A DNA stretch of 60,990 bases, the filler included, from Sphacelaria rigidula (lineage: Eukaryota), in the NCBI GenBank assembly GCA_964200075.2. It is 7 parts of 7 records of this genome, joined end to end, with 100 filler letters (N's around TTAATTAATTAA, not from the genome) between each part and the next. Parts side by side here need not be neighbours in the genome. Positions count along the whole stretch, not along the records: positions 43,639 to 52,264 come from CAXNAA020010565.1; positions 52,365 to 60,990 come from CAXNAA020010566.1; 5 more parts are not named here. One strand, 5' to 3'. Shown in pieces: positions 49,856 through 60,990 of this stretch. A program made the translations under genes and the position numbers. How positions within the stretch are numbered: position 1 is the stretch's first letter; every line of letters starts with the position of its first letter. A model generated the notes under the pieces. The model searched no databases, had not been told where the DNA came from, and saw only the letters and a program-made list of their open reading frames with translations.

Positions 49856-52170
49856 CGAGCTGGGCCAGTAGTAAATCCCGCATTTTGCATGTCACAACAT
49901 AACTTATCAAGTTTACACACCTTGGACGATAGACGGCACCTAATGCGATAGCAATACAATCTGCTGCAGTAGATGTCAATATTGTCGTCCGTAATGGCCA
50001 TCGATTGGCAAGTTTCTCTTTCTTTTGTCGTTGGCATATGTCTATCGATATACCAGTTTCCCACACTCTTGTCTGGGCAGCAGTCTACTGCGGGCCTACA
50101 CCGAAATCTATCGCGGCCGACCAAATGCATCGATTGATACCTTTCCAAATCTATTGATGGCGGCAATGACTATCGATAGACCGCGTGCCAAATCTATTGA
50201 TAGCGACGATGGCTATTGACAGATTGTATGCGAAATCTATTGATGACGGCAATAGCTATTGATCAATTGCGTATAAATCTGTGCATGGCGGCAATGAATA
50301 TCGATAGATACATACCAGAATCTACTGTGGTATACAAAGCCTCTGATAGGTTTTCGCCGTCGTCTATTGTCACACCTACATCGCAACATACCACGAATGG
50401 TCTAGAGCATATTATACTCCGTGAAGGTACGGTATAGAAGCCGCAGCTGGACATGCAGTGGGTATTATGACACTACTTGTGAACATATTACATCACGTTT
50501 GTACAAAAATTTTCGAACGCTTGCATTTGTAGGCATCCGCAATATGTGTGGACAAAACTTTAGAACTTTAGTTGTTCGTACTTATGGTTGTCCCTTCAAT
50601 GGACATGAGCGCTCAATATACTCTTGTGTGTGGATGATATGTGCTTATACCCTGGACAATAGACTGTGTAATAGAACATCGGCGCTGCACTAACCCCGAA
50701 AGTTTGACTGTCAATATTCATTGTCAGTCATAATCGACTATCATCAATGTCTATCGATAGCTATTGTAGGCGACAATAGATTCGGGACATGGGACAGAAT
50801 GTATCATTGCCGTGACAATGGAGGGGCCAAGTTGTCTATCGCTACATTTTATTTGTTGCAATAGGCTTTGAATTATGGCCAACAATGTCTATTGCTAATC
50901 ACAATAGGATCTGCGACGCGGCCACCAATACATATTGTTGGTCACAATAGAATCTAAATTTCGCCCACCAATGTCTACTGAGGGTCACTTAAGAATGTAA
51001 ATCGCGGCCACCAATGTCTACCGCTAGTCACAATGAAATCTGAATTGCGGCCACTAATTTCTATCGCTGACCACAAAAGTAGCTTAATGGCGTCGATCAC
51101 CAGCGATATGTATGCGCATATTTCTTTGTACGTTTCCACCTTATTCCACAGAAGCTATGGCCAGCTATCGCATCAGATCGTCGCGTGTCCATGTGTAAGG
51201 GGTGTTGCCGTGATGTCATAAGACCACTGCAGTGAGCAATCTATTTTTCAAACCCTATCGTTGGCGTCACTGGGTATCGATAGCTGCTCCCTTGAACAAT
51301 CGATTGTTGACGGCAGTGCCCATATTGATAGATACGAAAAACATGCATTGTTGGCGGCAGAGGCTACCGATAGAAGACTCACCTAATCTTTTGATGACGG
51401 CAATGACGATCGATGGATGGCTCACTAAAGCTATTGATGACGGCAATGACTATCGATAAATGGCTCACCAAACCTATTGATTATGACGATGGCTATCGAT
51501 ATATACATTCCAGAATCTATTGCGGTACACGATGTCCATCGATGGCGAGTGAAAATTATCCACTGTAATTGTCATGGGCTACCGATCGACTACTGCAACA
51601 TCTATTATCCTTTGCAATACATATCAATACATGTGTTTCACCATCCATTGTGTTGGATAATACATGTCGACATATTTCATTCCGTGTCTATTGCTGAAGC
51701 AATGGACTATCATTGTGTCCATTATCCAAAGTGTGCAAGTTTACCAAATCAGCCAGATTTGAGCATATTGCTGTGAACTGCAGACCAACCTGGTAACGCA
51801 CGGGACCACCGTAAAATAAAGAGAAAAGAAGAAGAAAAAATGTCTTGCATAATATATGACCTTGACCATGGGACGAAAAAATAGACTCTGTCGAGATTCG
51901 AACTCATGACCTCCATAACTGGAGTCTCCTGTATTGCTTGGAATAACTGGGCGCAGCGGTGTGACACAAAAAGCGCCCGGCTGCACCCAATTTTGAGAAT
52001 TTTGACCGAAATATACCAGGATCTTCGGCACGCAAGTACGCCCAATATTTCTGGGGATGCCGCCGTATTTCTTTATTTTCACGGAGTTATAGAGCAATTT
52101 CCAAGTTTTTGCTGAAACTTCAAATGGCTCTAACTTTCTGTTTTATTTTTTTCCTTGGCATCCCGAGAAT
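49856..52170 (-). mobile_element. Family A MITE split by a nested transposon
   Basis: TA|CGAGCTGGGCCAG terminus at 49856. Joining 49856-49915 to 51744 onward restores the sequence seen intact at 13005-13327. B-box GAGTTCGAATC on the minus strand at 51895-51905. Confidence 0.75.
49916..51735. mobile_element. 1.8-kb non-autonomous TIR transposon with an 8-bp TSD
   Basis: Perfect TSD CAAGTTTA at 49908-49915 and 51736-51743; TIR CACACCTTGGACGATAGAC vs CACACTTTGGATAATGGAC (15/19); internal ~43-bp repeat arrays CTATTGATGGCGGCAATGACTATCGATAGA. Confidence 0.88.
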
Positions 52171-52639
52171 GTTAGATATATATATATATATATCTTCATA
52201 TAATTAAGAGTAATGGACTAGAAAAGGTATACCTTCTCGTTTTTTGCCCAAGAAAGGTACGAAANNNNNNNNNNNNNNNNNNNNNNNNNNNNNNNNNNNN
52301 NNNNNNNNTTAATTAATTAANNNNNNNNNNNNNNNNNNNNNNNNNNNNNNNNNNNNNNNNNNNNATATGCCACTTCAGCCCCATATTTTGTATGAACCCC
52401 AAAATATAAAATCGGCTGTTCCTAGCCTATCCCTGTCCTACATTGATTTCGCGTTGTCCTATGCAGTTCGCCACATCATGGATCCAGTCGCTTGTATCGC
52501 GGACAACGTGTACGCAGGGTATAACCCCTCGCTACGTGCTATAACAATGTTTTCGTGAGATTGAGAATCTACGATACGATTGAGAGTAGGCTTTTCATGG
52601 CTTTCAGCGGCCGGAAGTGTCTGCATCATTAATGGACAA

Positions 52640-53260
52640 AACGCTTACCTCGCACATTGGTGCAAAATTCTGCCGGCAAACCTAACAATGTTTGCGTGAA
52701 ATCGAGCGTTGAAAGTACGATCGAGAGTGAGGTTTTATTCATAACATGTCTCGCTGCGCCGGTTCCGATGATGAGACGAAAAGTTTACATGTGTAGCATG
52801 TTGGAACTTTCCTGCCACCTGTTGCCTGAATGGAATGGCAGAATAATGTTGGACAACGTTGCGCGCTGGCCTACAGGCGCGCATTTGTGGGAAAATGCAC
52901 CGTTCAAGAGGTCTCCAAAGTAGTGTGAGTCGTGCGGTTCGAGTAAAATATAAGATTTAGCCAGGTTGTGCCCGAATTCATTCGCAAATGCAGTTGATGC
53001 CACCATTCGTGTGGACTTGGGGCTCGTGGATATCTTGAAATCACGTTTCTGTTAAACAATGTCGCCGCAGTTTCCTTCGTTGTTTTTGAAAGCGCAAGTC
53101 ATCGCGTGTCATAGGAAAACGTGGTGGGACCCTGGATTCTGTTCCATGATCTTACCCTCGATGGCAGCGGATCTTAAAAAATTCTCTTCCACGAAGCCAA
53201 TGGAGCGCCTCCCGTCTGTATACATCGGCACCAGAAGTTTTTTTTTAATGAGTTGAAGGC
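52640..53260 (-). pseudogene. Possible decayed Mutator/MULE transposase fragment
   Basis: Broken frames give IMEQNPGSH, then DSHYFGDLLNG...NIILPF...ES, loosely recalling MULE NPGS and DDE-proximal motifs. Weak evidence. Confidence 0.25.
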
Positions 53261-55510
53261 ATTTTACTGAAACCTGAAAACTGATTATTGCCCATAACTC
53301 ATGAAAAAAATAAAAATAAAACTTCTGGTACCGATGTATTTTTTTTCTTTGCCCCATTCATTGTCCATACCAAAATTTCAGGGACCAACTCCAAATATTG
53401 GCGGGAGCACGGACCTTTACAAAACCGGGTCGGTAGAAATTCGGAACAGCATTCCGCAGGCCACTCACCGGCCCGTGTTTGGTTTTCGTGTATTGAAATT
53501 TTGTGTGGACGCTCTTCAAGGAATAATTGACACAAAAGAGTGGGTCAGGTTGATTGTGTTCAATCTTCTTCACTGGTTTAGGGTGCTCTACTATGGTAAA
53601 GACCATTTCTTAACGAGAACGCCCTAACCTCCATGAAAAAAAAAAAACGAAGGCCCATATATTTTTATTCGGCACTCTTTTGTGGTTCTCCACACCGAAA
53701 TTCGTCGCCATCCGCTCAATGCATCGATCGGGAGTTTCATAGAGATTTCAGTATAGGCGCTTTCTCCGCTAGGTATAGGAAGTACTAGACATGGGGTCTA
53801 ATCAACGAGAAAAAATCGGCCCAGATTTCCGAGCAGATGGGCACCTTTCCCTTGATTGCATGATTATGATTAATACGATATGCTGATCACGGCCCAACTC
53901 GTCTGTGTCGATAAGATGTTGCTTTTAGAGTTCAAATCCCTTATTAGGCTGGCCCAGCTCGTACGATAATCGGAAACCTACGCTTGGTGTTACACGCTCG
54001 GTGAGGTATACGCGAGTTCGCGGGCATGTAGTCCGAACAAAATATGGACCTGGGACCTGGGATACGAGGATCAATGTCGGTGGCATGACTTCAAAAGAAA
54101 CAGCGCCCCCGGACGCGGAAAGGTAATTTTCGTCGCGAAAATCCAAGAATGGGTGATGCCTCGAAGGTGGGGTTTGGAGCCCACCTCCACATCTCGATAA
54201 ATGAAAAAAACTGTTTTCCCGAAAGGTAACGCTATGCGTGAAAAAGCAAAGAGAACATTCACGGGAAGAATGAGGCCGCTTCTTCATTTTTGAGAAGTGC
54301 ACCGGTTGAGAAAAAAAAGCTTTGTTTCTCTGGACAACAACATCGAAAACCGCTTCCAATGGGGATCAAGTTTTGCACGCCAACTGGCAGACGTGGCTTT
54401 CCCGAGGCGGGGTTGTACAACACATACTTGGTCATGGACTAGAGATGTGCAGATTGCACGCAAACAATGACGAAGGCAAAATAGCACATACATCGTGTCG
54501 CACGGAGGGAACTATGGCATAACCACCTGACACCACGTCGCGAAAACCGGAGGCAGCGCTTAGAACAGACCATTCGCTGTGGGACTAAGTATCATCACTG
54601 CTGATTCCCGGTTATTCCTCGGAATCAACGATATGATATTATCATCGATGGCCATCTGATCCATCACGGTAGGCATGACGATGGTTGTCGTGAAGCTGAA
54701 GCATGACTGCGATGAGCGCCTTGGTAGACCTATACAGACAGTCCTAACGCCCCGTATTCCTCACCCGCCGCGTGCATATGGAGGCGTGTTCTGCTGCATC
54801 GTTCTCTCGACTTCCGGTCCGGTTTTGACAGGTGGGGACATTTCTCGAACGATTTTGCTATATGAGAGATGGGTTGGTCACCAATTTTCCCATCCTTCCA
54901 ACAGAATTTGTCGGAGAGAACGTCCAATAAGAAGCGGTGTTTGATCAAAACGTCGAAGAGGACCAAAACAGTTTTTTCACAAGTGTTAAGTGGACATGAA
55001 CTGAGGGGATAAATTTGAGGCGGAAAACACAGAAGGAAAAAATAAAGACGTCATCATCCAACACGCCGTGAACCCGACCCTGACTCTGTAACTAAAGGAA
55101 TGAGGCTGACAACAGTATCAAAGAGGTCATCATCCAACACACCAAGAACCTGACCATGACTACAACTAGAGGAATTCAAGGTAATGAGAGTTATGATGTG
55201 CAACCTGAAAATTTCGGGCTATGGTGGCGCAGTTTTATTCTTGGAGTTCATCCCAGTCGTACCTCAACAATAGTACGAAAGTTGACCCAGAAACTACCTG
55301 GGCGGTGACGACAGCAGCAAATGCTTGCCAAACATTGCTCTAAGTTCCGTTCGCCAGCGTCGACCTACGCCAGACCATACATAACCCAATGGTGCTATTT
55401 CGTTCTCAAAAAGCACAAGGTTAAATATGGATAGTACTACGCTGGTGCTGAGTTAAAATATACAATAAATAGTGTCAAGTTTATCTCCTAAAGCCACCGT
55501 GAGAGTAGGG

Positions 55511-56575
55511 CTAATGATGTCCGTTTGCCGAGGTTGATACAGGATCCCCGCTTTCCAAGTCGAGCATGCGCTCGTCGTCTCCCAATACTCGTGGCGATCC
55601 CCCCGCCTGGGTGTTCAGTGTAGGTGAGCAGCGAGATGTAGAGTGGCGGAACGGGTGACTCAAATTCAGCGCCCAGTACAAACAAAATCATTTAATTCGC
55701 GCGACCGGCAATATGTGACAGGAGCGACCGCCGACCGTTTTCATTACAACCACAGCTGAACCACTGACCGACAGCAAATCGGTTCGCAAAAACGCAAACC
55801 AGGCTGTACCACCCTTGCCATGATACAACCCGGACCCAACTCCGGGTATACCGAGGGTCAAGATGCGCAGTCCCACTTGCATAATGAGACTTTTGCAGTG
55901 ACGCCACAGCTTTTGAATGCACTTATCCTCTGGGGGAAACACTGTCGTTGCGCAAGAATCTAACGTCGATCTTCGTGTACGTGATGACCACTTATGACCT
56001 CTGATGACCTCTGATGACCTCTGATGTGCTACTCGTATCTCGTGCGTGGCATCACTTCATGTCTCTTCGCACAAGATTCACGTGTAAAACCAGAAGCCTC
56101 ACCTTGGTATAGTACATCATCTTCACTTCGCCGGCGGTGGGAGTCCTGCCGGTCTTGAGACACGCCTCGTACAGTCCGTCGGGAAGCGAGGCATCTGCCT
56201 CCTTCGCTTCGCCCAACACCTCAGCATTGCTCACATAATCGCTGCAAAAATCATTACCCACAAAATCAGCACACACACAAATTATGGATTAGTTCTCCAC
56301 GTATTCACCTCAAAAATAGCAAAAACGTACTGGTACAAAACCACATACTAAATATGCACGGGGTATTTCTTCTCAAGACAGCGATAAACAAAATGCAGTC
56401 ACACCTTGGACCTTCAGACGTGGGAGCAGGATAGAATCGTAACAACAAGGCCAGAAGCTCGGCCGAATCCCCCGCCAGATGGTACACCACCGCGTTCGGT
56501 CCAGCATCAAACGTGTACGCCGCCCGCACCTCACCGTGGAAGGCATTGTAGGCATGAATGATGCGGATTATTGAC
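55511..56575 (-). CDS. MVD: Diphosphomevalonate decarboxylase, last three exons
   Basis: Exons 56575-56405, 56241-56103 and 55606-55511 (TAG), phases 2/2/0 consistent. Signature AAYTFDAGPNAV and C-terminus YYTK|AGGSPRVL...LDLESGDP. Upstream exons are not visible in the scaffold. Confidence 0.92.
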
Positions 56576-58089
56576 CTGGGGTATGCCAGGTGGGACGCGA
56601 CGGAGAGGATAGAGGGGGGGGGGGGGGCAATCAAATATCGAACCTTGAGGCCAACGAACGACAAAAACGCATATCATCAGAATCAACCACAGACTCAGCG
56701 AGGACAAGCCGTCACAGTGGGTCAGATATCACTTTGGCCACAAAGCAGTCCAGGACACCACAGGATACCTCAGCACACCACAGACAACACTGCACCACGC
56801 ACCACACAGGCCGATCCATGTGCGGATCAACCAATAACAGACGAGACTTCCGGCATGATGTCAGGGCAGCAGCGACGTGCCGTGGGGCTTGTGAGTGGGT
56901 ATAATGGGTAGCAACAGGCGAAGAGGTGTGCCAGCCAAATCCGTGCGTAGCAGATTCTAGTTTCCCTGCGTACGGTGGTGGATGCTGTCAGTGTCTGCTC
57001 CCGACCACGCCGCTGTCAGTCGTGGCTGGAGGGGGCATGCAGGAGTGGTAGCTTTCGCGATTCATACCTATGCAACTTGGCGATTGCGTGAGCACGGTCC
57101 CTCTTTTTTCCCCCGCTGCTTCTTGAAGTGCATTTGTTCCATGTGTGCGGGAGCGGTTGGGTCTTCAGAAACACTGAGGGGGTCAGCGAAACCTAGGTAA
57201 TATCGGCGAGAGCCTCTACACAAGAAGGGCATGTGGAAATAAATCTCGGACCGTTCCGCTTGTAATGAAGACGTTGCAATTCCCCCAAGACCCCAAGGGC
57301 CGCCAACTAACGCTATGTTTTCATTATGTCAGCGCCATCCAGCTTAGTTAGCGATGGGTACCTGGGCAACCTTTCCCCCCGAAATATGTCAGATTTTGGT
57401 CGATGGCCGCTGACTCGCTTACCCTCTGCAGATGTGATCGGTCTGGCACCCGCCGCAAAACCCAACTTGACAATACGAAACACTACCATCACCCAGTATT
57501 ATGATAATATCAGGCCCTTCAGGTTTAACACGCACTATCTCGTGGCTTGCTGGTTTTCGGCAACAAAAACAGCGGGGGACAGTGGCCAGGAAAAGGTGTT
57601 CCTTGCGGGTTTTGGACATAAGGGGGGGTACAGGGGTCGGTCAAGAAGGTTTTTCGCACGACGAAACCAGCGAAAATGATCGTTACGGTTGGTGCGGCAT
57701 GATCGGCGGAACGACCACTTCTCAATGACTTGGATAATGGCGATGAGGGTTTGGCAAGAACCTGCAAGTTTCGCCGTGAGACACGTGTGCGTGCTGGTTG
57801 TACTACCGTGTCTGCTCCGGCCCACGGGTGCTGTGACCTTCTGTGCCTACTCGCCATGGAGCAGGGCGGGCGCACAGCGTGACCGTTAGGGATGCGAATC
57901 GCTCACAAAACATATAGAAAATCTTCCCCCCAAAGTGTCCTGGCTCTTCATGATGAACAAATCAAGCTAGCCAGTCAGAAACAAAGGATCCGTCCGGTCG
58001 GTTCCAAGAAAACCCAGAAGGCCTTCTGCGCAGATCACACACTCTGCCGCAACTGCATTTATCATGGGCGTACTGATGATTCATTTTCC

Positions 58090-59010
58090 AAGTGAATATT
58101 ATTCCGATGCAGATGCCGACCCTAGGGGTGACTATAGACAGCCAAATTAGAACAGAGAGTACAACAGCAGTACGGTGCAGTACAAAAGCTGTGTGGTACA
58201 GACAGCACAGTGCAATATTGTCTCATCTCTCGCCCTGCTGCCTTCCTTCCCTTCTTCGGTGGCACCATAAGTGATCAGATTACACGAAATCTTTCAAAAG
58301 CGTTGAACCCATGCGCCTCTATGGGGGGTCACCTGGGTGTTGCATTCATGTTTCAAGTCAAAATTATGCCAATGCAGAACAGATTACTCTCCCTGAAGGT
58401 GGGTATATATAGATGGGCAAAGCCGAGCAAGGCTCAATACAGCACAGGACAATTCAGCACGATGTATGACAGTACAGTTTAGGAGAGTGCTGTCTTCTCT
58501 CCGCCCCCCCTTGCGTTCCTCCCTACTGCTCTCATTATCTATGGTCATCACCATGTGGACCAGATTACAAAAAACCTGTTGAGAGCGGAAACTTTTCCTG
58601 CCTCCAGCTCTGGAATTGAACCCTTGGACCTCCACAATCTGGGTCCTGCACTCATCTTTCGAGTCAAAATTATGTCAATGCACAACAGATGACTAGCCAC
58701 GAAGGTAGTTATATATAGATGGGCAAAGCCGAACAAGGCACAACAGTACAATGCAGGGCAATACAGGCCAATGCAGTATAATGCAGGCCAGTCCAGTTCA
58801 GCAGAGTGTTGTCTTCTCTCTCTCCCTCCGTGCGCTCCTTCCCACTGCTCCCATTATCTATGGGTATCATCATGGACCAGATTGCAGGAAACCTTTGGAG
58901 AGTGTGAACTCGTCCTGCCCCCAGCTATGTACGTGAACCCTTGGGAGTCCATGGTCGGCAATCTGGGTCCCTTTCATATTTCGAGTGAAATCATGCCAAT
59001 TCAGTATATG
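58090..59010. repeat. Degenerate tandem array of ~270-320-bp units, about 3 copies
   Basis: Anchor AAATTATGCCAATGCA-like at ~58095, 58361, 58667 and 58988; shared TATATAGATGGGCAAAGCCGA.CAAGGC in two units. Confidence 0.8.
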
Positions 59011-60290
59011 TGAACACAACACTGAAGCCTCATACAAGTAGCAGCGCAGAGATCATGTACAGCCGGCAGGCCACATGTGGCGGTGAAGGTGGACTCTGCA
59101 TAACCAAGAAAGAGAGTAGCATACGACAATCACCGTGTCTGTTCCAGTACACACCACGCTCTCTTACATGGGTCCCCAGAGCGGCTGGGTTTACAAGCGG
59201 CAACGCTTCTCTGTTACTAACTTGTCGGAGTGCATCACACACGGACATACTTTCACGGAACCGAAAGAAGTTACTCCGGCCCAGACCTCTCCTACCTTCT
59301 CGCCTCCACCGTCTCGCCTGCGTGTATTTTTTGTCATTTGCTCTTGTCGGGGACCGTGGTTTGCTGGGGAGAGTCCCTCGATAGGCCGGCTAAATCAGAG
59401 ACGATCTCGTCGATCACGAGTGCGATTTGAGCGCTGTTTTTTGCGTTGTGAGCTTGAAATGACAATACATGTTCTGATGACTTCGCTTTCCGGGAACGTC
59501 CCACGCTCGGCACATCAGGCGGCAAAAAGTATTTTTTTTTGCAGAGTTTGAGCGAAGGCTAGAAGAGCTGAGAAGAAAGGAGTTCATCTTGCAATGCGTG
59601 TCAGGGGTGTGGACGTGTATGTGGCGCCTGAATAGGGAGGACGTCGCTCAACCCTTACACCGCGAGGTTAGTCTTCAGTTGAATCGGCATCAATTTCAAG
59701 TGAAAAAAAGTATGCACGATCCAGAAATACTAATTTCGCGGTCTAAGGGTTAAACGCACGATTTGCTCGTTCTAATAATGTTGTGTTTAATCAAGTGTAT
59801 CCACGTGGAACAAAGGAAACGAGGATGAGTTGTCTATGGTCGATAAAATTCCGTCGAACGGCCTGACAAAACTCGGAGGCTAACACCCCCCCGATTCGCA
59901 CCCCTAACTGTATAGGCTAGAGGAGGCATTCCTGAAAAGATGCTGTTTGTGAAAATGGGAGGATTCCTTTTCGTGTAGTACATTTCAACATGCGTGTTTC
60001 GATAATGTCTCGACGCTGCGACGGCCTCTCTCAATCCACGTGTCCGATACAGAAAAAAACAATTTAGTGCTCTTCATAGATGCCATTGATCGTGCACACG
60101 TGCACAAGGTGAGCAACATTGCCGCGCGATCATAATTGCTCATCATGGAAAACGGGACTCGAGTCAAAACCACGTCCTTTCGCACGCCAATAAAACCTCG
60201 CTGCCCGACAGCAAAATGTGCTGTAAATATCAGGGATGTACAGGCTGGGTCGCCGAAGATTCGAACAGGAATGTTGACGCGCGAGCCTTC

Positions 60291-60907
60291 AGCTCAATTT
60301 TGGATCGTTTTCGATGAAATTTTGACACGATGCGCAGGACGTACATGCAAAGACCCCGAAAATTCCCCCCGTTTTTTTTCCTTCTTCTCCTTCGTGAGTG
60401 ATTGACGATTTAGTTCCGATAAAAATTGTTGTGAAATGTTCCATCGCCGATAACTCACGAAGAAAAAACAACAAAACACGGAGGAATTTTCGGAGTCTTT
60501 ACACGTACGTCCTGTACGTCGTGTCAAAATTTCATCGAAAACGATCCAAAATTGAGCCAAGAAAATGCGTCATTCCGTCGACAACCGGTTACTGACGTAT
60601 ATAGAGGTGGACCAGTTACGAATAATTCAAACGCATTTATGCTGTTCAATTTCAAGCTGTTTTCGATGAAATTTTGAGACGATGTACAGGACGGATGTGC
60701 GAATACCGAACCTTTCCTCTTACATTTCTTTTTCATTGCGAGATATTGGCGATTTCGTCTCGGAAAAAAAAAACATCTTCTAGAATGTTCCGTCGCCGAT
60801 AACTCACGAAGGAAAGAAAAAAAAAACACGGGAGGAACGAAGGGGTGTTTGCATATACGCCCTGTATATCGTGTCAAAATTTCATCGAAAACGACTGAAT
60901 ATTGAGC
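60291..60907. mobile_element. Two adjacent related ~265-bp foldback MITEs (60291-60557 and ~60647-60907)
   Basis: Each has TTTTCGATGAAATTTTGA.ACGA... inverted as ...TCGTGTCAAAATTTCATCGAAAACGA...TTGAGC. Confidence 0.85.
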
Positions 60908-60990
60908 TCGGGGATTGTGCTACAGCTTGTGCGGCACCACGCGGCACAAAACTGACTGTAGCCCGAAATCCAATCTCAGCCGTTTTCTTT

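Noticed and set aside
49856..53961. One large TA-flanked element bounded by inverted CGAGCTGGGCCAG TIRs
   Set aside because: The two TIRs lie on different scaffolds separated by an artificial linker, so the pairing is coincidental.
18056..56575. Lipid/isoprenoid gene cluster (SMS, GBP, PfkB, MVD)
   Set aside because: Each gene is on a separate, size-sorted scaffold.
59834..60034. ORF containing PPIF as the missing upstream MVD exon
   Set aside because: It lacks the expected DSNQFHA..LDT context and compatible splice sites.

Overview
This is eukaryotic, intron-rich and repeat-rich DNA, probably from a brown alga (an inference from gene architecture). It is not one locus. Seven apparently unrelated scaffolds of 8628, 8628, 8628, 8627, 8627, 8626 and 8626 bp are sorted by length and joined by 100-bp N44-TTAATTAATTAA-N44 linkers, so nothing should be linked across them. 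Scaffold 1 holds a degenerate Ty3/Gypsy LTR retrotransposon with an unusually long gag, a CCHC knuckle and a protease. Scaffold 2 holds the last exon of a multi-pass membrane protein and an 8-bp-TSD DNA transposon. Scaffold 3 holds a sphingomyelin/IPC-synthase-family exon and nested MITEs. Scaffold 4 holds an 8-exon guanylate-binding-protein (GBP)-like gene. Scaffold 5 holds 6 exons of a PfkB sugar kinase. Scaffold 6 holds an orphan exon and nested transposons. Scaffold 7 holds the 3' exons of diphosphomevalonate decarboxylase. The most interesting signal is the GBP-like protein, which keeps a canonical G1/P-loop but has non-canonical G2, G3 and G4 motifs (candidate pseudo-GTPase or altered-specificity GTPase). 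Next is a high-copy TA-flanked TIR family that carries a tRNA-type B-box. I found no convincing multi-gene novel system. All gene models were built by hand from splice sites and phase continuity; no database search was run.
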